Shown piece after piece: positions 1 to 9,345 of a stretch of 14,011 nucleotides of DNA. This stretch comes from Octopus sinensis. Taxonomy: Eukaryota. A program made the position numbers and the translations under genes. The notes below the pieces were generated by a model that was not told where the DNA came from, did no database searches, and saw nothing but the letters and a program-made list of their open reading frames with translations. How positions within the stretch are numbered: the first letter of the stretch is position 1; every line of letters starts with the position of its first letter. The stretch is from NCBI RefSeq assembly GCF_006345805.1, contig NW_021825962.1, positions 1 through 14,011 on the forward strand, given 5' to 3'.

Positions 1-435
1 AAAGATCCAATCGGTGTCCTGATCATGGGGGAGTGTTGCAATCTCAGCCACTTATCCGCCATGCAACCGGGTGAAGTCCTGGCCTTATGAAGCCTGGGCC
101 TCGCGAAAAAAAAGAAAGAAAAAAAGAAAAAGATCGAAAGGGCTGTGGACGATAATTTAGGAGAAAAATGTGAATTTTATAACTTTTCTTAAGGCATTTA
201 GTATCGTAAGGTATCTGAAGACGTGAACGGAAACTAGATGGCGCTGTTGGTTCGGGGGGAAATTTTCGCCAATTTCCCTGCCACACTTACACCCCCTTGC
301 TTATTGCTCTACGTCGTTCGTCACAAAACGACAAATGAGAAACAAAGACAAAAAAAGGAAAGAAGAACGAAAGAGAGAACGAAGGAAAGGTGAAAGACGA
401 AGATAAAGGAAAATAAACATAAAAAAAGCGAAACG

Positions 436-1174
436 TCATAGGAGGAGGAGGCGGTAGGAGGAGGAGATGATAAATGCAAATTGGGTGGTTTGGGGAGATT
501 GGTGGCGAGGCAGGTGGTTGTTTGGGTGAAGGTGGGGGCGGCGGCGGCAGTGACAGCGACACCGTTGTTGTTGTTGTTGGTGGTGGTGGTGGTCATGGCA
601 TTGGCGGCGGCGATGGCAGTGGCGACGGCGATGGCAGTGGCGACGGCGATGGCAGGGGTGATGGTGGCGGCGTGTTGGTGGTGATGGTGGCGGCGTGGTG
701 GTGATGGTGGCGTTGGTGGTGGTGGTGGAGGCGGTGGCGGTGGCGGTGGCGGCGGTGGTGGTGGCGGCGGCGGTGGTGGTGGTGGTGATGGCGATGGCGG
801 CGGCCGGGGGTTAATGAAATATGGAAAGAAAGGTCTGCTACGGTGGATATTTAATGGAAAGCCAAATAATTGACATTCCGATGGCATTAGAGTAAATGCA
901 CGTGGAGTCCCGTGTCAATAGTAACGGGTGGGTAGTGAACGGAGGGAGGAAAGGACCGGGGAGAAAGAGAGAGAGAGGGGAGAGAGAAGAGAGAGAAGGA
1001 GGGAGGGAGGGTGTCAGTGTCGTACAGAATGAAAACAAAGAGAAATCAAAGAAAACAGGGCAAGTAAATGATGAGGATGATTGATGATGGTGGTGATGGT
1101 AATGATGATGATGATAGTGATGAAGATGGTGATGTTGATGGTGATGATGATGATGATGATGATGATGATGGTAA

Positions 1175-1208
<34 letters not shown>

Positions 1209-1533
1209 GGTGGTGGTGGTGGTGATGATGATGGTGAGGAGGAAGAGGAGGAAAGCGTGGAAGAGGATGGTGATGATGATGATTATGATTATGAAGGGGG
1301 ATGGTGGTGGCGACAGAGGCATTAACAATGACGATGTTGATGATGATAATCATCATAATGATGATGGCAGTGGTGATGGTGGTGGCGGTGGTGGTGGTGG
1401 TGGTGGTGGGGGGGCATTGACTTAATGATGAAGATTATGATGACTGCGACGACAGCCATGATGGTGATGGTTGTGGTGATGATGATGATGATGATGGTGG
1501 TAGTGATGTGGATGTTGCTGGTCGCATTAACAG

Positions 1534-1565
<32 letters not shown>

Positions 1566-1730
1566 GTGGTGGGTGGTGGTGGTGGTGGTGGTGGAGGAGG
1601 TATTGATGATGATGATGATGACGACGACGGTGGTGATGATGAGGATAGTTATGATGATAATGATGATGGTGGTGGTGGTGGTGGTGGTGGTGGTGGAGGC
1701 ATAAACAGTGATGATGTTATTTACCATCCC
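436..1730 (+). repeat. G-rich compound trinucleotide array (GGT/GGC/GAT/GTT blocks) with a purine-rich interruption at about 945-1075
   Basis: Long runs of (GGT)n, (GGC)n and (GAT)n read directly. These produce the poly-G/P/H/D/M ORFs in the track, in several frames on both strands. Confidence 0.95.
609..655 (+). repeat. 18-bp tandem repeat, about 2.6 copies
   Basis: GGCGATGGCAGTGGCGAC at 609-626 and 627-644, plus partial GGCGATGGCAG at 645-655. Confidence 0.9.
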
Positions 1731-1744
1731 CATCCCCACCCGGG

Positions 1745-1912
1745 TTAGCCCTGATTGAACATGATCAAATTATGGTCAACCGTGACCATCCCGTCTCTTT
1801 GCAAGTCATTGCTTAATATGTCCGACGTTTCTAAATTTGAGACGGCAGCGGTAGATTTGAAGGCAATCTGGTTGCTATTTCTAGCAGATCTAGCGTAGCA
1901 GCTCCCTCGTTG
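1745..1912 (-). mobile_element. Interspersed repeat family X, copy a (probable retroposon 3' portion)
   Basis: Shares blocks CGTGACCATCCCGTCT and GATTTGAAGGCAATCTGGTTGCTATTTCTAGCA with 1948-2125 in the same orientation, and in reverse complement with 2611-2670 and 12861-13061. Confidence 0.7.
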
Positions 1913-1947
1913 ACGTGATGACAATATCTTTGTCTTTGTCATTTTGA

Positions 1948-2125
1948 TTGTTGTTTAGTCCCAGGATCAGCACTGATCAAAGACATTCCTATCGTGACCA
2001 CACCGTCTTTCTCCTATGCCCAGTGAACCGAGGGCCACCAACAACGGGTCATTTTCTAAGACGATATGGCTGAGTGATTTGAGGGCGATTTGGCTGTTTC
2101 TTCCTAGCACGTTGAACGGCTGCAC
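1948..2125 (-). mobile_element. Interspersed repeat family X, copy b, with CAA-type tail
   Basis: Begins TTGTTGTTTAG (reverse complement CTAAACAACAA, also seen at the end of copy d near 13603-13612). Contains CGTGACCACACCGTCT and GATTTGAGGGCGATTTGGCTGTTTCTTCCTAGCA. Confidence 0.7.
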
Positions 2126-2146
2126 TACAGCACTTTCGATTGTTTC

Positions 2147-2147
<1 letters not shown>

Positions 2148-2177
<30 letters not shown>

Positions 2178-2420
2178 GTGGTGGTAGTAGTAGTAGTAGT
2201 GTTAGTGGGGGTGGTTGTGATGATTGTGCGTTGGCGGTAGTAGTGATTGTGGTGTTATTGTTGATGTCGGTGGTTGTTGTGATGGTTGTATGTTGGCGGT
2301 AGTGGTTGTGGTGGTGGTAGTGGTGATGGTAGTGGTGGTGGTCGTCGTCGTGGTTGTGGTGGTTGTGGTGTTGATGTTATTGTTATGGTGATGGTAGGGC
2401 GATGGTAGTAGTGGTGGCAG
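2148..2420 (+). repeat. Compound triplet microsatellite (GAT/GGT/GTA/GTT)
   Basis: Read directly from sequence. Confidence 0.9.
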
Positions 2421-2687
2421 TGTTATAGTTTATACAATACATGAAACGCTGGACTTGATTATTATAGCTCCCGGTGAACCCGAGCCAGCACAATTCATTT
2501 CCGATTCCTTGTTACATTAGTTTTCTTTTAAGCTAGTGTCACTGATACTCTTGATAAAGAAACATTAAACAAAAGTAAAAGGTTCTTGAATGCCTTACGA
2601 ACGAGCATGGGGTGTCGTCTCTATCTGGTCACTTAAATTGCTCGAAATAGCAGCCATATTCTCCTGAATTTGTACACTGCTGCTTTC

Positions 2688-3107
2688 GGATCATTTCGGT
2701 TTAATCGGCAGTTTTTAACATAATTTCTAGGTAACTAAAAAATGTTAAACTTCCTATACTGGTAGAATGTGTTTATAAAATATCTTTTTCTCTTGGCTTT
2801 ATTGAGAAAATTCTATAGTTTGTAAGATATTTGTTGTTTTTTTTCTTTAATTTCTGCAATGCCAACCAATCAGTGACGTCTATTGAGTTAAAAAGCATTC
2901 TGTGCCGTATGAATATGACCCTTGTTTAAGAAAGAGATTGAGTTTATTTACATTTGTGAAGAATAAAAGATACCCTAACCCTAACCCTAACTAACCCTAA
3001 CCCTAAAAGAGATTGAAATGCAATAGATCGATTCTAGGGTCATAATTATGGGTGACAATTTCATATGATACCGCTCGAAAAAACTGCCGTTCAAACCGAA
3101 AAGATCC
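2688..3107. mobile_element. Non-autonomous DNA transposon (MITE), 420 bp, probably Merlin-like
   Basis: 29-bp TIRs: GGATCATTTCGGTTTAATCGGCAGTTTTT (2688-2716) vs the reverse complement of 3079-3107, GGATCTTTTCGGTTTGAACGGCAGTTTTT, 26/29 identical. Perfect 8-bp TSD CTGCTTTC at 2680-2687 and 3108-3115. Terminal GG with an 8-9 bp TSD is the Merlin signature. No ORF. Confidence 0.9.
2973..3006 (-). repeat. Interstitial telomere-type repeat (TTAGGG)n inside the MITE
   Basis: CCCTAA x3, CTAA, CCCTAA x2 on the + strand. Confidence 0.9.
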
Positions 3108-3432
3108 CTGCTTTCTTAAGAAAAGAAACTAAAAAGGGTAGTGTGTCGTTCCAGATGCATTATGCCAGTGAATTTTCGAGGGTAGAGTGGGTTGGCGAAT
3201 GAATGGGTTGAAGGACTGCCTAAAATCATCTCCAAAAAGAGCTCAGCATTATGATTAACATTAGCATTTAGGATATAGTCGTGTTCGGCGATATTCGGGG
3301 GGGGCCTCTGGGTGATGGTGAAATAATTGGTAGATTGTAAGGCTTGTCGTAACTAAAATGTCCTTAATACATGCTCACGTCATCGATCCGTTTGGGGTGC
3401 ATTCGATTAACTGCTGTTACAGACGTATTCAA

Positions 3433-3434
<2 letters not shown>

Positions 3435-3498
<64 letters not shown>

Positions 3499-3518
3499 GC
3501 ACGCACGCACACACACAC
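3435..3518 (+). repeat. (CA)n microsatellite with CACG variants
   Basis: Read directly from sequence. Confidence 0.95.
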
Positions 3519-3570
3519 AAGCACGTACAGTGAAAGATAAGCTTGTGTGAGAATACATACACACACACAC

Positions 3571-3968
3571 AGGTGCAGGAATGGCTGTGTGGTAAAAAGT
3601 TTGCTTCCCAACTACATGGTTGCAGGTTCAGTTCTACAGCATGGCACTTTAAGCAAATATCTTTTACTATGGTTCGGGCCGGCCAAAGCCTTGTGAATAG
3701 ACTTGGTACACGGAAACTGAAAGAAACCCATCGTGTATATGTGTGTGTGTTTGTGTGTGTCTGTGTGTGTGTGTGTGTGTGTGTGTATGCGTGTGTGCGC
3801 CTGTGTCTGTGTATGTTTGTGCACCTCCCCACCACCGCTTGACAATCGGTGTTGGTGTGTTTACGTCCACGTAATTCTAGCGGTTCGGCATTAAAAGACG
3901 TAGAATAAGTACCAGGTTAAAAAAATAAAAGTACTAGGATCAATGAATGCCACAGTATGGCCGCAGTC
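3571..3968 (+). mobile_element. tRNA-derived SINE with CORE-like domain and internal (GT)n
   Basis: A-box-like TGGCTGTGTGG at 3582-3592, B-box-like GGTTCAGTTC, CORE-like GGCACTTTAAGCAAATATCTT, (GT)n at about 3735-3815. The 3' part (AATAAGTACCAG) resembles the body of the neighbouring SINE family. Confidence 0.8.
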
Positions 3969-3974
3969 TAGTAA

Positions 3975-4370
3975 CTTTTCTACTCTAGACACACGGCCCG
4001 AAATTTTGGTGGCGGGGCCAGTCGATTAGATCGACCTCAGTGCACAACTGGTACTTAATTTATCGACCCCGAAAGGATGAAAGGCAAAATCGAACTCGGC
4101 GGAATTTGAACTCAGAACGTAATGGCAGACGAAATGCCTATTTCTTTACTACCCACAAGGGGCTGAACACAGAGGGGACGAACAAGGACAGACAAACGGA
4201 TTAAGTCGATTATATCGAACCCAGTGCGTAACTGGTACCTATTTAATCGACCCCGAAAGGATGAAAGGCAAAGTCGATCTCGGCGGAATTTGAACTCAGA
4301 ACGTAACGGCAGACGAAATACCGCTAAGTATTTCGCGCGGCGTGCTAACGATTCAACCAGCTCGCCGCCT
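3975..4370 (-). mobile_element. tRNA-derived SINE, dimeric form (second unit lacks the A box)
   Basis: The minus strand starts AGGCGGCGAGCTGGTTGAATCG and has B box GAGTTCAAATTCC. The body (ACTGGTAC...TCGACCCCGAAAGGATGAAAGGCAAA on +) occurs twice (about 4020-4135 and 4200-4320), joined by a linker. Homologous to 7581-7690, 7814-7987 and 7996-8192. Confidence 0.9.
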
Positions 4371-4476
4371 TTCAAATCATGTATAATGATATACAAGTCA
4401 AGTACATGTAACAATCTATCCATTTCCTCTTCCTATTGTTTATTATTCTTGTAAAATAATATAACAATTCTCAACA
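4371..4476 (+). repeat. 106-bp duplicated AT-rich segment, copy A
   Basis: Ungapped match to 8193-8298 with 5 mismatches. Confidence 0.95.
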
Positions 4477-4667
4477 GCCTCAAGTTAGCTATCATTCAAT
4501 TTATGGGAAATTCCATACGATAAAAAAAAAAACAAGAATACTTTTATATTCATTTTATATATACTCGTTTAAACAATTTGCGTCAATTGTCCTTAGTTCT
4601 AAACACGAAAAGGAAGCCGTATTCTTGACTTTGAGTATTAATTCAGTGTTTTGGCAGCTTAGCGGCT

Positions 4668-4684
4668 TAATAATAATAATAATA

Positions 4685-4736
<52 letters not shown>

Positions 4737-4739
4737 TAA
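4668..4739 (+). repeat. (TAA)n microsatellite
   Basis: Read directly from sequence. Confidence 0.95.
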
Positions 4740-4964
4740 CGAAAATGAATAAGCTTAATAGTTTAGAATTTGTTGTATAGTTCAGAGGTTCAACAGTGTC
4801 CCATGCACGTGGCTAGTGGTTTTGGCTTTGGAATTCCGACAGGTTCCCGGCTAATCCTGTCTATAAATGTAGTCCATTATTTTCAGAGGGGATGTTGACT
4901 TTACGCCAACAACGGCCATTCTGACCCTTTTGTGCAAAGTTATTTTTATTGTTATCCACCTAGC

Positions 4965-5013
<49 letters not shown>

Positions 5014-5097
5014 GTCGTCGTCGTCGTCGTCATTATCGTCGTCATCATCGTCATCAACAGCAGCAGAGGCGGCGGCGGCGGCGGCGGCACCACCACC

Positions 5098-5162
<65 letters not shown>

Positions 5163-5200
5163 AACTACTACTGCTACTGCTGTTGCTACTGCAGCCGCTG
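4965..5200 (+). repeat. Compound triplet microsatellite (CAT)(CGT)(CAG)(GGC)(CAC)(TAC)
   Basis: Successive pure triplet blocks. These explain the poly-H/I/R/Y/T ORFs. Confidence 0.95.
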
Positions 5201-5257
5201 CCATAAATGACACCATTGTAAAAGGTATAATATAAAAATCATCATTTATAAGAACAC

Positions 5258-5307
<50 letters not shown>
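5258..5307 (+). repeat. (TAA)n microsatellite
   Basis: Read directly from sequence. Confidence 0.95.
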
Positions 5308-5308
<1 letters not shown>

Positions 5309-5384
5309 TTATTGTTGTTGTTAGTATTATTATTATTAATATGATTATTTATAACAATAATGTTAAAGGGGAGAAAGAAAGACC

Positions 5385-5569
5385 GAAAGAAGAAGAAGAA
5401 GAAGAAGAAGAAAAGAAGAAGAAGAAGAAGAAGAAGAAGAAGAAGAAGAAGAAGAAAGAAAGAAAGAAAGAAAGAAAGAAGAAGAAGAAGAAGAAGAAGA
5501 AGAAGAAGAAAGAAGAAGAAGAAAGAAGAAGAAGAAAGAAGAAGAAAGAAGAAGAAGAAGAAGAAGAAG

Positions 5570-5599
<30 letters not shown>
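5385..5599 (+). repeat. (GAA)n/(GAAA)n homopurine tract, 215 nt
   Basis: Only A and G on the + strand across this span. Confidence 0.95.
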
Positions 5600-5600
<1 letters not shown>

Positions 5601-6662
5601 GGAGGAGGTCTTTGTTTCATCACCAAACAGCCCTTTGTTTCTGTAAATGCATTGATATGAATCGCAAAGTATTTGGTGTTGAGCAGAGAAGTTCGCCCTG
5701 GCACATACATCGGTCTGAAAATGTCAGTTGACGGCGCATGTTTACCCCTTCTCTTTAACCATGGAGAACAATGACTTTCTTAACAACAATTCAACACAAG
5801 CCAAATGCTTCCTTTGTCTACCTGAAAGCTACTCTATAAATACTACCCCACCTTGGAGATATTTTCTGAATCCTTTTTCATTGATACATATATACATACA
5901 TACATGTGAGCGTGTGTGTGTGTGTGTGTGTGTATGTCACCCCTTGCCCTCTTCTTTCAAAGGGCAATTGAATTGTAAAGATCTCTTTTGATTAGACACA
6001 AAGGCTCTGTATTTCTTGAATATGAGATAAAGTGAGGGGTATAGATGTCGTTGTGTAGGCGTTGTGTGCAAATTGTGCGTGTGTGTGTGTGTGTGTGTAT
6101 TTGTGTGTGTGTGTGTGTAGTGGGGAAGAAATAGCATTCATACCTTTCCCAAAGTTGCTAAGTATGTACTCAAGTGAAATGATATGACCCGAGTTGATGT
6201 AGAAATCGAAACCGCACTGCATGCCTCTCTAGTTGCGGGTTTTCATCTCAACTTCTTTGTGTACGTTGGCTTTGAAGTAAAATATCTTTCTTGAGCCAAC
6301 GATGGATGTCTTTTCGCAGACTCTCGATATGCAAAAAGTAGCAGAATCATATCTTAACGTTTTTAAAAATAAAAAAAAAAGAACACACCTTTCACTTGAA
6401 GGACGCAAGAGGCGGATAGTGACGCTACGGATTTAAAAAATGAAACTTAAAGCTTTCAAAATCTATACTAACGAGTGAAGGCCTTGAAAAAGTGTTTTTC
6501 ATAATTACGTGTGACGCAACTATGACTAATATTGAAAAATAAGCAAGTTTATATATATTTTCTAAATTTTTAATGTTTGCCCCCGCCCAAATTTGTGTTC
6601 GAAATACGCTAGTCGTTTCTAACTTTCTATGCGAAAAGCACCCATATTTTTTGTCCATTTTA

Positions 6663-7572
6663 CTCGATATTCGGGCTAAATTTAACCATTTTTTATGAAT
6701 CCATTTTCCAGGAAGAGCTTGATGCACTGGCGAACAGTCTACGGCGTTAGAGAGCATAATGTTTAAACCTGAAGTTGAGAAAAAGTTAGCTTACATGGAG
6801 GGTTGGAAGCCATCAGAATACTGGAAAAGTGATACCTGTATCATAATTCGTGCCGGGTGTCAAAATGCCGACATCATGACTTCTGCTCAATGCTCTGTGA
6901 ACACTGTGAAGGCTGTAAAGCATGACATGTACATTAGGAAAACCAAGTTCCCCTAAGCTGCGAAGGCCTTTGTGTGTGACTCCAGCGAAGCTGACATCAT
7001 GCATCCCCTACATCTCTGAACAGGGCTTTAGGTTCGATTCAGGTGGCTACGTGAAATTTACTTGAGACTGCAGGCAATCCCTGGTCAGAAAAGGTTGCTA
7101 CTGGAAGACCATATATATGGCTGTGGGATTCGGCTCCTTACCATATCTTTGGAAAGAGTCAGAAGTGGTTGTTGGAGAATTTCTATGACTTCAGCACCTT
7201 CTATATTTCACCGATTGTAATTTCTGATCTTCTAATCCTCACCGATTATAATCCCATGGATTATTGTGTGGGGCGCAATTGAGAAAGACCCTAAACACTT
7301 TGCCTGAAACACCAAAGCCGAGCTGGTAGCCAAAATGGAAGAAGTGTTCTAAGATCTTCGCAGGAACACAGTGAGGAATGCATGCGTCAGGTTCCGGAGC
7401 CGTCTTGAGGCCATGGTAGAAGCTAAGGGTGGCTACTTTCAGTCAACTGTTATTTCTCAGCCATAATCTAGTAGGTATTTCTTTGATTTTTTAAAATCCT
7501 TTCAGTTTTGGATGGGACGTTGTGCTTTCTTTTCCTTTTATGCGGACTGTCAAATTTAGCTCGAACACCCTG
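6663..7572 (+). mobile_element. Tc1/mariner superfamily transposon (maT/DD37D-like), internally deleted
   Basis: The right TIR at 7549-7572 (reverse complement CAGGGTGTTCGAGCTAAATTTGAC) matches 6663-6686 CTCGATATTCGGGCTAAATTTAAC at 18/24. TA precedes the left end and TG follows the right end. Transposase remnants lie inside. Confidence 0.85.
6795..7445 (+). pseudogene. Degenerate maT-like transposase with stops, frameshifts and a large internal deletion
   Basis: Across frames: N-terminal MEGWKPSEYWK...AQCSVNTVKAVK, then RKTKFP, PWSEKVATGRPYIWLWDSAPYH...SQKWLLENFYDF, DYNPMDY, VWGAIEKD, NACVRFRSRLEAMVEAKGGYF. These are typical mariner/maT catalytic-domain motifs. The first catalytic Asp region is absent. 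Confidence 0.9.
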
Positions 7573-7580
7573 TGTAGTGC

Positions 7581-7690
7581 ATTTCGTCCTTTCGGAAACG
7601 ATAAAATAAGTACCAGTTGAGCACTGGGGTCAATGTAAACAACTTAGCCCCCCCCCCCCCCAAATTTCAAGCCTTGTGCCTATAGAAGAA
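7581..7690 (+). mobile_element. 3' half of the same SINE family as 3975-4370, opposite orientation
   Basis: TTTCGTCCTTTCGG...GATAAAATAAGTACCAGTTGAGCACTGGGGTC...CCCC...AAATTTCAAGCCTTGTGCC matches the reverse complement of 3975-4085. Confidence 0.8.
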
Positions 7691-7813
7691 TATGATATTA
7701 AAAATCTCTATGAATAAGATGTGTTTATCGCAACTATCATTTCTTAGAAAAATTGGTTCTAGTTTCCTAGAAAGGTTGGTACCATACCTTCCTTACTAAA
7801 TCCTGCTAAAATT

Positions 7814-7987
7814 GGATTAAGTCGATTATATCGACCCCAGTGCGTAACTGGTACTTATTTAATCGAACCCGAAAGGATGAAAGGCAAAGTCGACCTCGGC
7901 GGAATTTGAACTCAGAACGTAGCGGCATACGAAATACCGCTAAGCATTTCGCCCGGCGTGTAAACGATTCTGCCAGCTCGCCACCTT
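7814..7987 (-). mobile_element. tRNA-derived SINE monomer
   Basis: Minus strand has A box TGGCAGAATCG and B box GAGTTCAAATTCC. Close match to 4198-4370. Confidence 0.9.
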
Positions 7988-7995
7988 TATTAGAA

Positions 7996-8192
7996 GAGGA
8001 CAAACAAGGACAGACAAACGGATTAAGTCGATTATATCGACATCAGTGCGTAACTGGTACTTAATTTATTGACCTCGAAATTATGAAAGGCAAAGTCGAC
8101 CTCGGCGGAATTTGAACTCAGAACGTAACAGCAGACGGAATACCGCTAAGCATTTCGCCTGGCGTGCTAATGATCCTACCAGTTCGCCACTT
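7996..8192 (-). mobile_element. tRNA-derived SINE, dimeric subfamily truncated in the linker
   Basis: Carries linker ACAAGGACAGACAAACGGATTAAG as at about 4181-4204. About 88% identical to that copy by manual count. Head-to-tail with 7814-7987. Confidence 0.9.
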
Positions 8193-8298
8193 TTCAAATC
8201 ATGTATAATGATATACAAACCAAGTACATGTAACGATCTATCCATTTCCTCTTCCTATTGTTTATTTTACTTGTAAAATAATATAACAATTCTCAACA
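8193..8298 (+). repeat. 106-bp duplicated AT-rich segment, copy B
   Basis: Ungapped match to 4371-4476 with 5 mismatches. Confidence 0.95.
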
Positions 8299-8954
8299 AT
8301 GCTTAAAACACATGGAATACTTTCATACCATAACAGTATTTACTGACAGTTACATCATATAAACTAAAGAACGGCGAAGACCTAAGTCAGATTAGAACGG
8401 TGAGACACTGGACTGTATGCCAGAAAATGTAAAATCGTTCTTTATCTTCTTTTGACGGTCTTCGTCTTTTGAAATAAAATTTATCCAGCGTTGTTAATAG
8501 GAATACATACGGGCAGGATAAGAGTACTAAGATCCTAAGATTTAGAAATAAAGATTTCAAATTAGAATTTGATTCATTGCTATGCACACATCCAAGAATT
8601 AGATACCTTATGGGAAACGGAGATCAAAGCGATTGAAACGTAGTGAGGGTATAATTTATTTCATATTTATTTCGGAAAATTATCTCGGCTCTGTATTTCG
8701 TTATCACATTTAAGATTTTTATTCAGTTTTTTTTTTTGCCCCCACTATTGTATGAGACGAAAGAAATTCGAAAAATACACCACTCACTCACTCACTCACT
8801 CCCACACACAAATACACGCGCGCGCACAAAAGATAATTGAATAAATAAAGAAATATATAAAAAGGAGCCTTGGTATTTTGATTTCATCATGTCCACACTT
8901 GTCATGAAATTCAGCAAAGTATACTACAAAAGTTCTGTTTTCTTCAAGAACGCG

Positions 8955-9095
8955 CTGTCTGTCTGTCTGTCTCTCTCTCTCCTACCTCTCTCCCTCTCTC
9001 TCCTCTCTCTCCCTCTCTTTCTCTCTTTCGCTCTCTCTTCTTTTCTCTGCATCTATGCATCTATGCATGTGTGTATATATGAATGTATACACATA

Positions 9096-9148
<53 letters not shown>

Positions 9149-9293
9149 TTTCTCTGCATCTATGGATCTATGCATGTATGTATATATGAATGTATACACA
9201 TACTCTATCTCTTTCTCTCTCCCTCTCTCTCTCTCTTCTTTTCTCTGCATCTATGGATCTATGCATGTGTGTATATATGAATGTATACACATA

Positions 9294-9342
<49 letters not shown>

Positions 9343-9345
9343 AGA
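8955..9345 (+). repeat. (CT)n region with three 60-bp conserved cores
   Basis: Core CTTCTTTTCTCTGCATCTATG(C/G)ATCTATGCATGT(G/A)TGTATATATGAATGTATACACATA(C/G) at 9037-9096, 9144-9203 and 9235-9294. Confidence 0.95.

Larger units (their letters stand above)
2611..3170 (+). mobile_element. Family X copy c, interrupted by the MITE at 2688-3107
   Basis: CTCTATCTGGTCACTTAAATTGCTCGAAATAGCAGCCATATTCTCC matches the reverse complement of copies a/b and matches 12869-12920. The similarity resumes weakly (TTAAGAAAAG) after the MITE. The right boundary is approximate. Confidence 0.55.

Noticed and set aside
1-130. Possible ncRNA or rRNA fragment before an A-rich tract (loose likeness of 70-100 to an SSU rRNA segment)
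   Set aside because: The similarity is short, gapped and not extendable, and the feature is cut by the window edge.
287-1748. Long poly-P/H/G/M/D ORFs as a low-complexity protein
   Set aside because: ORFs occur in several frames on both strands as expected from triplet repeats. No domain or consistent splice structure is visible.
2973-3006. True telomere or chromosome fusion site
   Set aside because: Only about 6 units, lying inside a TIR/TSD-bounded element.
4851-5731. Poly-V/M/H/K/E/R ORFs
   Set aside because: They are direct translations of CAT/TAC/GAA microsatellites.
6361-6660. Possible additional DNA transposon fragment upstream of the maT element
   Set aside because: No TIR, TSD or second copy was found in the window.
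8350-8636. Plus-strand candidate exons (8350-8399, and a stop-free stretch of about 50 codons ending near 8636)
   Set aside because: The phases are incompatible with each other and there is no recognisable homology.
9037-9294. CRISPR-like repeat-spacer array
   Set aside because: Eukaryotic context, 60-bp repeats, microsatellite spacers and no cas genes.
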